DNA of 64,000 nt from Ascidiella aspersa (Eukaryota), in assembly GCA_963924565.1 (NCBI GenBank), contig OZ004607.1, forward strand, positions 8,246,001 to 8,310,000. Reading direction: 5' to 3'. Made by a program: the position numbers and the translations under genes. The notes beneath the pieces were generated by a model. The model had not been told where the DNA came from, made no database searches, and worked only from the letters and a program-made list of their open reading frames with translations. Below, in pieces: positions 13,501 through 25,500 of the stretch; position 1 is the stretch's first letter, and every line of letters starts with the position of its first letter.

Positions 13501-16500
13501 CAGAAATACAAATAGACTGCGTTAAACATACTAGCATATTAGCTTAATTGGTTAAGCTAACTGTCACAATAAACGAACTTGTAACAATGCAAATTAATGA
13601 ACTGTACAGTGTACAGGGCAACGAAATAGTCCTTGATTTATTCATTGAACCCTTACCGCACACAATAATTTCTCTGAACAGACTTACAAACAAAAATTAG
13701 AACCCTAATAAACTGGAAATTTTTTTTAGTACAATTAGGCATTAGAAACGCACTCCAGTTGGGAACCACTGATTTAAACAGTGAGACATTTTGGTACATC
13801 ACTTAATTCAATACATTCACAAAAAGTGCGGTGGTAAAGAATCTATAGTTAATGGCTAACAAAGTGGATAATCAAAACCGACTGAAAAGCGTACATATAG
13901 GCATTGGTTCTACTCTGACGAAACAATAGCGCTTTATTTGACGACATTCAAACATGGTGAAGAATTGCAGGAGAAATTACACACGTCTGTATCCTATTTC
14001 TATTCTGAAAAGGCCTTTGTCGATTTATGTTAATTCTTTTTTTGTTAGCAGGTCGTAAATTAATTACTCTTTATCGCTTCTCAAGGCAAGGTAAATGTAA
14101 CACTAGTAAGTAAAGGTTAAATCAGTGAGGAACAGACCAATTCGACCGAACAATATCACAGCTAGTCCACTAGGAATTTACCACGGTATTAGTTGTAGGC
14201 TTTTACGATTTAACCCGAGCCTTTGCGAGCAATTGGCTTTAACTGATTAAGGCAAGTCTACAATGCCACGAAACTGAACAGAGGTCTGAAAGAAGGGGAC
14301 TAGCCCTCAGTGTGTAAACTGGTCCAGCAACTGACTTAAGCAACAAGGAGTGACGGCCAACGAGATAACGTAGTAATTGCGAGTTGGGTTTCAAATTGTG
14401 ACGTATAAGCGCAAATGTCAACTTCGCCGAAACGAAAGAAATTCCGCGAATCTGACTGAAAGGTGGCGAAAGTGCACGAGTGAAGTCGACCGACATATAT
14501 AGTACTGGTCCTCGTAAACGAATTCACATATTAGAACAAACTATAAAAGGTGTCGTGACATTAGCAGTTGGATTACTGTTTAAAACTTGGAAACTACGCC
14601 GGTGGCCATTAGCTAAATAGTAGAGGTAAAAAGCTTTGTCCAGTTTAAAACAAAAACGGTTTACATATTTAAATAATTTTTTTATAGGGAATTTACTTTT
14701 CTTAGTTGAGGTTTCTTTTTTTCGTGCGTTATTTTAGTTGTCTCACGTTAAAGTAGCAATGCCAGCCCTGGCCTAAAAGTAACCCCTTGTGGTAAAATGG
14801 TAGCAAAGTTCAATACATGACCGGATCTCGGTCATAAATGATTCAAAACACAATAAAAACGTTACCCAGCGCCAAGTTGGTTTTATTATGGTATGTATTT
14901 ATGGTATTTCGTAAATACAGTGGCAGTTAAACTTGCGTGATATGAAGAAAAAAAGGAAACATGACAAAAAATGCCCACTAAACAAAAAAATGATGGAAAT
15001 TGTATTCGCTAGCGATGAATCTCTGCCCTCAGTCATAAAACGCACTGACTAGTGTAAATTTAGGCTTTAGCCACAATCCCTAGTCCGGACAGAATTCCGA
15101 TTATGAGCTCTAAAAGTAAACACTGCAGGCGACCGATTTATATTGGTTAGAAACCAAATTCCCTTCAATGTAAACCATCTTTGTTATGTTTGCACTTTTC
15201 GGTTTCGAGTCGCGCTCATTCACACCCGAAGGGTTTCAGTTTCGATAAGATATTCGTCATGCGTGACATAGCACAGCTAAAACTAGGTTTAACGAAAAGA
15301 AAACTAGAATCGATTTTGTTGGCGAAACGAATCAGACATGTAGTTACTTTTTCCTAAAAAAATATATTTTTACTAAAAATATACATACGGCTGCTTGTTA
15401 AAAGCAGAAAAACTGGAATGACTGAATGGAAATCGACAAAAGACTGTATCAGCTGGGCAAACATAGAAAACAAACACAACATTGCTTTGTCTGGCAAATC
15501 AATCAAGTAACGCCAAAAAAAGGTTTTGCATACCGCTTTAAAAGAAGCAGGTTACCCTTGTTTGACTGCATTTTGTTTCTTTCCATTGCTATACAATGGC
15601 TGATTGCAAAAGCACGAAAACTCTGGAGCATAATGGTTGGAGGTTGTAGTAAGACGTAATAAGAAAAGCCCATACAGAAGTAGGTTGCATTTTGAACGTT
15701 TCGAATAACTCTTTATTCACTTTCAACAGTTGAAATAGCTACTTCTGTATGGGCTTTGACATTCTTATTTCAAAAACTCGTTTGCAAAATCTCCCCCCAA
15801 ATCGACTAGTCCTCGATTAACTGCCACGTAAGTGAAAGCGCATTAAGCACAAAAAGCGGGTGTCGAAAGGAATGTTAGGAATCCGATTAAAAGCTCACGG
15901 TCTGGTCGGTTGCGGTCTAAGGTCACGTAAAGCTGCGAAACTAGCTTTGTTGTCGTTTCTGAAGGTGGCAGCAAAAATTCGAGGCCTGCGGGCGAGCGGT
16001 GCTAATCGCGACCAGCACTTGACTAGGCAAAGTGACTTTGTTTAAATGATCAAGACCATAGGGTTGTTAATATCAGATTGAAGTCAATGCTGAAAGTATT
16101 GATACTTGTCCGATACTAGAGTGGAATTTCAGCCATAGTTTGCAAATCATTGCAGCGATTTCTACCTTAAAAGTTTGTTTTTAATTTTTTGGGGGGTTTA
16201 CAACTCAAGGAAAAAAAATACAGATTTTTATCTATTTAGCTTGTTTGAACATAGAAATTACTTGCTATCGACATAGGGTGCTCCTATCAAAATAAATTCT
16301 GCTACTGCATAAATCTTCTCAGTTACAACAAAACACTCGTGCATGGTTCAAGCACGTAAAATCTGCTGTTTTTTGGTTATTGTTCCCTAAACAGCGTTTC
16401 TGATGCACTTGCTGCGAATAAAATTGACTATTTTAAGGCGATATGAATGTAGTTAGAATGGAAATTCACGCCTGGTTTGAACGAAATGGAAAGTTACACT

Positions 16501-19500
16501 CGTTTGCTTTGACTTAGTACTTGTTTCGTCGGGTGTGTACGAATGGAGAAAATTTAATTTTCTTTGTCGGTTACTACCGGGTACAAGTGATAAATCGCCT
16601 ATCCCCAATATAAGATTAGCAAAATCCCTATTTAGTAACAGATACGTTATGCGCATGAAAATCTAAAGTGCTTTGACATTTTCAAAAGTCATGCCGCATC
16701 CCATACAATTATATCGACAGCGGTAGGTCTTTGGCAGTGAGTAAAGGCGATAAGCTAGCGTTTAGGCAGGGGCCACTCCCCTAAAACCAGGCCTATAGTC
16801 ATAACAACCCAGAGGAATATGTCATAAGCGCGTAAAGTCGAGATAGATATGACGTAAAACACACAAAACAGGTGCCATTTACGGGGTGGGCTCACTCGCC
16901 TGCGATAACTTGTGGGATGCAGAATATACTGACGTTGAGTTATTAATACAACTGTGTGATGTATAACACCTATGCGGTCGTGCGGGGGAGGGTGTGTATG
17001 TATGGGTGCTATCGTCAGCTGGCAAATATGAATATGTCATAAGCGCGTAAAGTCGAGATAGATATGACGTATAACGCACCAAACAGGTGCCATTTACAGG
17101 GGTGGGCTCACTCGCCTGCGATACCTTGTGGGATACAGAATATACTGACGCTGAGTTAATACAACTGTGTGATGTATAACACCTATGTGGTCGTGCGGGG
17201 GAGAGGGGTTGTATGTATGGGTGCTATTGTCAGCTATTTGCTATAACAGGCCCCTGGACCCTGGGCCATATGAGCACAGTAAATTGGTATTTTGCGGCCT
17301 GTTTATGGAAAAGCGTTTAAAGGCACAATTTTTTGATAACCACCAAGTTTTGGTACCGGCTTCATATCGTCAACTATTTGCTGAATATGGCAGTCAACCG
17401 GGCCAAATGGGATGACAAATCGGAATTCTGCGGCCTGCGTATGGCATTTACTAGAATGAAAGGCACATTTTTTCGAGTAAGACCAAATTTTGGTCCCGGG
17501 TTCATATCGTCAACTATTTGCTAAACATGGCAGCAAAAAGGGAAGACAAATTGGTACTCTGTGGCCAATGTATAGAAAAGCGTTTATTCAAAGAATGGGA
17601 CAATTTTTTTATAACGATCAATCTAACTAAATACCTGAATAAAACATTTGTTCCTATAGTCCTAGATATGTTTAATATTATACAAAAAGGTAGCGGTAGC
17701 CTACGGCTGTCCAGTCCTTTAGCAATTCCTTCATATTTAAGGAAAAGTAGCAAATCGAACTCCGGTCACGTTAACTTCGGTAAGTGATAATTTGCTTTCA
17801 CGTTATTAAATTAGTTGCCTTGGGCAGTGAACTAATTATTTTCTAAGCAAACTTGCGAAGCAGAAACCGGCGCTGGATCGCTTACCTCGAACACACATTT
17901 ACTTTATAACGGATCGGAAATTAACCTTCTTACAAGGCATAAAAAATTATTTCTCTTATTTTGACATTTACCAGCAGTTTAAACGTATAACAGCGATACC
18001 AGCCTAGGATGCTACACAAACCGATACTACTTACTGCCTGTCACTCTATAGTCAGGCATCGGTTTCGAGATTTTACAAAACGCCATCCCTCTAAGCACAA
18101 GTGTACAGTGATGTGAAACGCTTTTAGCAACAGACCAATACCAAAATAGAATGTGGATTTTCCAAATGGAAAGTGAATTTTCCCAGAATTAAATTATACA
18201 CTCGCTGTAAAACTGTTCGCGCTACTAAAATTGGTAACAAAAAAGGGAAATAACAGCCGACTGTTTCTTACTAGACAATCGAATCTTGTTTGTATGAACC
18301 AATACTTTTTTGCTATTGGCCAGACAAATTCCTACTCGGTAATGTATATTGGGTGAAATTAATAGCACCACCCAATGGTACACTGGGTCATTTCGAAGGG
18401 GAATAATTAGAAAAAATAATAGCCACTGGGTAAATGGTTATACCATTATCAGAAAAATACAAATCGCTTCGGGAATAAATCATGGAAAGAATACAAACTC
18501 ACGAACTTAAATTTAAGTACTGTATACTATAACCCTGACACAACCCGAACCCAAACGCTAAACCCCTAACATAAAAATGATGCAATTTTTAGAAAACGCT
18601 ATCAACGTTGGTCGAAAATTCTCGACTCCTTGGACGATCACTAACTGCGTAGGTCGAGATAGCCACTTTCAATAAAAAATACGGTTTTGGGGGTCGGTCG
18701 GATATTAACAACTAAAGTATACATTTATATTTTTATTGCGTTGTATACGTTTAGCTTGTGAACATAGTAAAACTTGCTTACCTGCGCCAGGGGTGGGCAC
18801 GTTGGAAAGGTCGGTGTCGCAGTCGTAAATGTTCACACTGTCTGATGTGTCGTCATCCAGGCCCATTCGTGACGTAGATGGACCAAGCTATAAGAGAAAG
18901 AGACATTTTACAATGTACGCATCGGTGTTATTACAATCAAACTGTAAGTGTTTGGGTTATTTTAAAACGTTTTATAGCAAGCAAAAGAACAACATTTTAG
19001 TCTGAGTGAAAAAAAAACCTAAAGCCTTAGGAACGTTCTGAATTCAAGGTTTGTCTAAATTGGCAGCTTTTTAGGTGAAATTAAAACTTAGGCTACGACC
19101 TATTATTTGCAGACCATTTTAACTCTTTTTTAAGGGCAGATAGGGCAATCCAATGCTAGTACTGTTTATTAACTTAGAGGGCGAATGCAATTGGAAAAAA
19201 GGTATCAATACAAAAATATTCATTGGTTCAATACACTAGATTGTAGAAGTTAAACTTATTAATGAAGTATTTAAAAGAGCAGTCTGTCCTAAGTAAACTG
19301 TTTCATATAAAGAACGTTCCGGGCGACAAAATTGGGGTGTTTCAAGGTCAACCTATAAATACATGCGATTACCAAAATCGTAAAACGCTTTTTATCGTTT
19401 TATGCCTGCACAGTGTACACAAGAACAAATCACGTATGTTTATTTGACAGTTGAAAGCTCACGACAAGCTTGTCTTTTTTGGCGACCAACGCATTGCATT

Positions 19501-22500
19501 TACTTAAATCTTAAGGGTTGACTGATTTCGGTTATTCGACGGACTAGATTTTGTTTTGTTTTGACAGAGCATATACGCAATTGAGCGAAGCCAAGCAATC
19601 TATAAATAGCATTTAGATTTGAAAGGGCAAAACTGTTTTGTTGGGAAGCTATTACTTTAGGTAGGTCACAATCTCACAGATCACAATTTTGGTTTGCAAT
19701 TTACATAAAAAGTAGCATTAACAATGTTAAAAATCCTATACAGCCAAAAAAAGCTGAAGTTAAAAAATCTCTGACGCGTCACCAAAACACGATGACGTAA
19801 TCAAAAAGAGGCGACAAGGACCGAAATATCACAACCGCTTAGCGGGTGTTTTACGCACTGAAGAAAAAAAATACAATCTTGCAGCCTATTGGCATCAGCA
19901 GCTTTAGCAAGTAAAAACATAGAGCGCGGACAGACGCGGAGCAGTCGTGCGTGTTGTCACGCATTAACGCTTCAACTTCCCACTTCGCCCGATCGGCCGC
20001 AAATAGCTCTCATATGTTGACGCACAAAATCGCGCTTCGCCCTTCCGGCGCACAACGTAACGGGCAGTGACGGCGCGCAATTTACCAGGAGGCTTCCAGC
20101 GTTTGGGAGAACGGAGACTTGAATTGGTAAACAAAGCGCGGTCACGACGCGCGGTTTCACGTCAAGGCTCCCAAACGAGGGGAGTAGTTTTGGCGGCCGT
20201 TTTGTTTATAAGCCTGTTCGAGTTGGCCGCCTAGAGTTCCCCTTAGATTGCTATTTGAATTTGAATAAGGTAGGTCGAGATTACATTTAAATAAGGTAAG
20301 TTGAACCCCTGTGGAGCCTTATCGAGTGAAGTCATGTTGCCAGGGCTAAAACCATTCCTGATGTATTAATGTGTTCACGGCCTCCTTCTTGGCCAATAGG
20401 AAGAGAACCCAATCCACAACCGACCTTCTTCACTCTATTTTCCCCCAGTTACATTTGTCATTGGTGGGCAAAACTGAAAAAAACAATATAAAGTGGGTTC
20501 CCCTTATTTCGTGTGATGAGATGGAGCGGACGTCGGACGCGTTCGGTGCTTTTTCGCATTGCAGCCGGGAAATTGGGGTTTTCTTCAAACTCGCGACAAT
20601 GACGTTATTCACAGACGCGCCTTGCTCAAAAGATTTGCCTTCTAGATATTAACAAGTGATTTCTACTTTAAAATGGTGCGGGGATCTATTATTTTCGGCC
20701 TGCATTTGTGGATATTTTGTAAATAATATTTGGAATAAGGCAGCCTTAAAATATGTAAATTCCAAAACTGTTAAAAAGAGACGCGGTATTAAAAAAGTAA
20801 CTGCTTTCAAGGGATAAACAAAATTTTGCCATTTGGGTTACAAATTGATATTAATAAAAAAGACGAAGGCAGTAAAACATAAAAATAATAAAAACCGCTG
20901 CTTTTTAATGCGACTAGAAAATGCTAAAAAGAATTAAAAATAACTAAAAAAGTAGGGGTACGCTTTATGGACGCTTACAGTGTTTTGTGATAAACTTAGA
21001 AAGCACCAAAAAACTCTCATAACTATAAAAAAACAGCTGCATGTAAAGTGATAATGTCAAATAAGTAGACGGCCAAAAACGAAGGACAGTAGTAAGGTTT
21101 AAAGGTGGTCGGAGGAGAGTGGCCACCCAGAATACAAGCAGGAATCCTGCGACCCGCAAAGAGATCCACAGGGCGGCAATTAAACTTGTGTAGCACGGGC
21201 GGTCGGGCGGGTCAGCAATCGTGCGCGATATTAACCGATCAAAAGCGCGTCGTCTGTCATGGGCGCGACAGCGCATGTCGACTGTGACGTCATACACACA
21301 CACAAAATCCCCGTCGCTTCCTGTGTGGGGCGACAGCATAAGTGTGGGCTTGGACTATTAGATTATTTTCAGGCTTTTAAATAAGAATTGCCGAATCCGC
21401 GAAAATACTAATAAAACTAAATCCGAATTAGAATTTTATTTAATCATTTTACAATCGTTTTAAAATGAAATGACGATTCATTTTTATAAGAAGTTAGCGA
21501 TAACGATGCGTACGCAAAACTTACAGCATGAAAGTTTGTTTCAAATAAAAACTTTGTTAGGAAATTAGTTTTCCATTGAACTTTCAAATTAGATTAGAAC
21601 CCTAGTTGAAACTAGAATTAAAATTAAGAACATTTTCATGTAACTAGAACTAGTTGGTTATCCAAGTTTGAAAAAAAACCTAACGACGCGCATTTTCAAC
21701 AATGCGAAAAGTCCCTTTGGGCCACGCGAAAGATGATCAGGCCTCTGCAACGCGGAAGTTATTCGGTCTCTGTGGGCCTAAAATTGGCCACTTTTAAGAA
21801 ACCTGGCTGCCCTTTTCAACATTTTAAAAGTTGTCCGGCTGGTCAGACTACTGACTCTTGTAAAATAAGAATGCTTTGTTTTTTTACCAATTTTTTTCGG
21901 GCATATTTATTTTCCTTTGACAACAAATATTTGATAAAAATCTTGAGCAATTTGTCACAACTCGCCAGTTTATACATCCAATTCGGATATCCGCCAATTT
22001 TGCAGCTCAAAAGTGGTTAAAAAGGACCCATTTTTTTATAACAAGCCAGAGGCCGGAATAGAACAGAGCCGCGTTTAAAATTACGGGACCGGGACCTTTA
22101 AAAGTGGCCACGTAACCCGATTCGAAGTGTTTTGTAGATTCGGGCTTTGAAAGTCGCTTTTGGAATGAGGGGCTTTTCACTGTGTCCAATAAACGCAATG
22201 AGGTGGCAAAATGATCAAAGGGCCCTGTTCTTTGCTTTGAGCTAAATATCTAAGGGTTTATTTTGGTGTAATTTAAAAGGAGAACTGTGAATTTCCCTAG
22301 CGGAGAGCACACGTGTATAGCTATTTACCAAAAATGGTATTTCCCGCTTTGAATATGTTACAATTTGTTACAACCACCTTTCCAATGAATTGAGGCGAGG
22401 TAAACCTATTTTACACGTTTATTTGCGCTTAAATCGCATGTTCAGCCTTGAACGCACAAAGGCCAAGGGCAAAGACGCATAAAAGACCGGTAAATTCGAA

Positions 22501-25500
22501 CAATAACAAAACCGGTTGTCGTTTGTTAGGTCACAATCGCCTGCTGCAGCACTTCAAATAAAACACGACAAGAGCACGTGTTATACTGCGCACGGTTCGG
22601 CGCGGATTCGAAAAAGTTGTTTGTATGTGTCACCGCAAACTGTTGCGCTATTTCTGGTGGGAAATACCCTGCCGTTTAGTTGTTACTTATTTTGCTGATT
22701 CTGTTTAGCTGAAAACAACAAAACACGACAATTTATATACGTGCGCAAAAGATTTCTATTTTTACAGCCTGGTAATAACGTTAAACCAGTTATGACAACT
22801 AGGTCCCATGACCATGTTGGGGTCTGTTTACATTTGAATTTGGTAAGACTGCCAGAATATTTTCAACCATGATTTTGAAGCAATTTTGAAAGCGATTGTT
22901 TAAGACCAATTTAAATTTTGCTTTATCGTGGTACAGAATAAAAAAAGACAACTGTTTTTCCCTCAACGATATGACCGTTTATGTTGGCCACAGTGACATG
23001 TAATACTAACACCTACAGAAGCATATCCCGAACACTAAATAGATTTGGCATTCTGAAGAAACAAACCTGGGTGTAACATGCTTCCTTTAGTAAGGTAGTT
23101 GTGTAAAAACCAAGACTATTGCCGAAGTTAAGTCACATATTTGGATACATTTTGATGCTGGTTCGTATTGCTAGATTCACAAACCTTGTGTTTTTTCGCA
23201 CGAGCGCCCATATTGTTTCTCTTTTGGAAATCAGTTGAAAAAAAAAGAAAAAAAAGCACGTTCTCGGCAATTTCAGAGTAAGTTGAACTAAGTGTTGCTT
23301 ATATATGGTTTAATCGTGTGCCGTTTTCAAAAAATGTACCGAGGTATTTGACGTAAAATTGGTAAAAAAGCTGATGAGTTTAAAGAAACTCAACGGCGGC
23401 CAAATTCCTTATAGAGTGACAGATAGAAAGCACCATCCAGACAAAGATTCAAATAGAGAGTCATGAATAATCCGGGTTTGTTTTCAATGTTCAATCTGTG
23501 ATTTACGTTACACGTCAGTTCAGTGGTTCTCAACGGGGGGCGGCGGCATCCTGGAGTGCCATTTCTAATGCCCAAGGGTGCCGAGAGAAGAATCCTAAGA
23601 ATCTGATTTTTGCCCAACTCTCACAACTTTTTGTGTAGGATTAAAGTGAAATAAATTCAATTAACACTTGCTACGTTGTTTAGAGTTGTTGTGTGTTGTT
23701 TCAGTTCCGTTTGTTGTGACATTCTAGTGATTTACCAACGGAAAAATCTTGTAGGGGTGCCGCAATCTATTATTGTTTCTGAGGGGTGATGCAAGCCATA
23801 AAAGGTTGAGAACCACTGCGTTAGTTCAACAAGCCCTTATAAATTTGCTTCCCTAAAAAATTATTATTCAAAAGCTGTTCGGGTTAGTCTGCAATAGGCA
23901 ATCCGCAATCTGCTTCACATAACACGTTAGGCCTAGACGTCGGTATGAGTTTCGCCGAAAGGTTAAGAAAGCATGAAATATACGAGTTTAAGAGCGGGAC
24001 GCGCCGTTTGCCGTAATACGTGCGCGGTTTCCAGCGCCTTTTACAAAGTAGGGTGATTATCGCTCATGATCCGGCCCTTTCGTCGCGCCGACCCGTCATT
24101 TCCAGCGTTTAGGGCAAATTACATCCGCGCTTCAGCCACGTCAGGTCAAGGCAAGAGATATTTTCACAAAATCCGAGTACTTCCTACACCAGCCCTGGAG
24201 ATTTAAACTTTAGCGCCAAGGGTGATATTTCAGTTGTTTGGGTTGTTATTTGCGTCGTGTAATTGTTTATTTATGTTGCTTTTAAGGGATTTCTTTTAAG
24301 ACTAAATATGTCCGATAACATCGGATCATCTCCGATACACGATCTATATTAGCACTAGCAGTATCAGTACTCTTCTGATACCAGGGTCATATAGGTTCCG
24401 AACATATACCAAATTGATATGGGCATTCGAGACATACTTTTCAATCCAACACAACGATTTCTACCTTGAATTAGAAATATTTTTTTAAATGCAAGTTTAC
24501 AATTAAAAGGTAACTAAGCTTCATTATGCCGAAGCAATGTTTTGTCTAATAATCTGATATTCAACCTTCAAAAGTGGTAATTTTATCAATCTACTTGCTT
24601 AAGAAAAGCAATGGCGGCATTTGGCATCGGCTCAGACGGTCGTACTTTTTGTCTCAAATAATAGTTTTCGATATCGGAATGAAATCTCAAGTATTAAACA
24701 TCCCTCTATCAAGGACGCAAGGACTTACCCTCGAAATAGCGACGGCGTAATAAGACCCGTAGTGTATTGTACAGCTTCGCTGGGAAACCACTTTCGTTAC
24801 AAGGGGCTTTCAATAGCGTTTCGATTAACGTAATTTTGTTTGCGGGTATCGTTTTTGCTTTTTGCTAAATCCGAGCGTTTGGTTTGGTGCGCGCAATTTA
24901 CATAGTAAACTATATTTTCCCCGAAGCGGTCATAAAGATGAGATTTGTTAATAAAAATAATGTTGTACAACTATGAAACGAAGAAAATATCGATTTTTGT
25001 AGCAAATGGCTTTATAATAAACAGAGGAGAAACACTTCTATTGCATGTGCTTAATTTTTAAATATATGTAACAGCTCGCTGTAAATTTTCGTTTGAATAA
25101 ATTTTCTTTAAATTAAACAAGCAAGATTGGTGCAATACTGGAGCAGATTGTCTTTTAAGAGTGACCAGTGATAAACCTCAAAGCCAACAAGGTAATTGGG
25201 CCCCTGGGAGCACTCACTTAACTTAAATCACTCTTCATCGCGTATCAATTAATCCACTTTATGATCAAGGAAGCTGTCGGTTTCGCTTGCACACAGCGCA
25301 CGATTTCGGCTGACGTCATCTGTCTAGCAATCAGCCGTTTTGCGTTGCACTCTTTAAAAGGCCGGGTCAGTTTTACCACCCGATTGCTTACCTTTTAACA
25401 GTCCTACACAACTCAAACTTACAAGGACAAGAACCAGAAAAAAATGGCTCGTTTATAACGTTGCTGTAAACCGCTCCAACTTGTATACAATGCGATATAA

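Noticed and set aside
23371-23392. CTGATGAG...GAAAC hammerhead-like words
   Set aside because: No room for a stem II and no flanking stems I or III.
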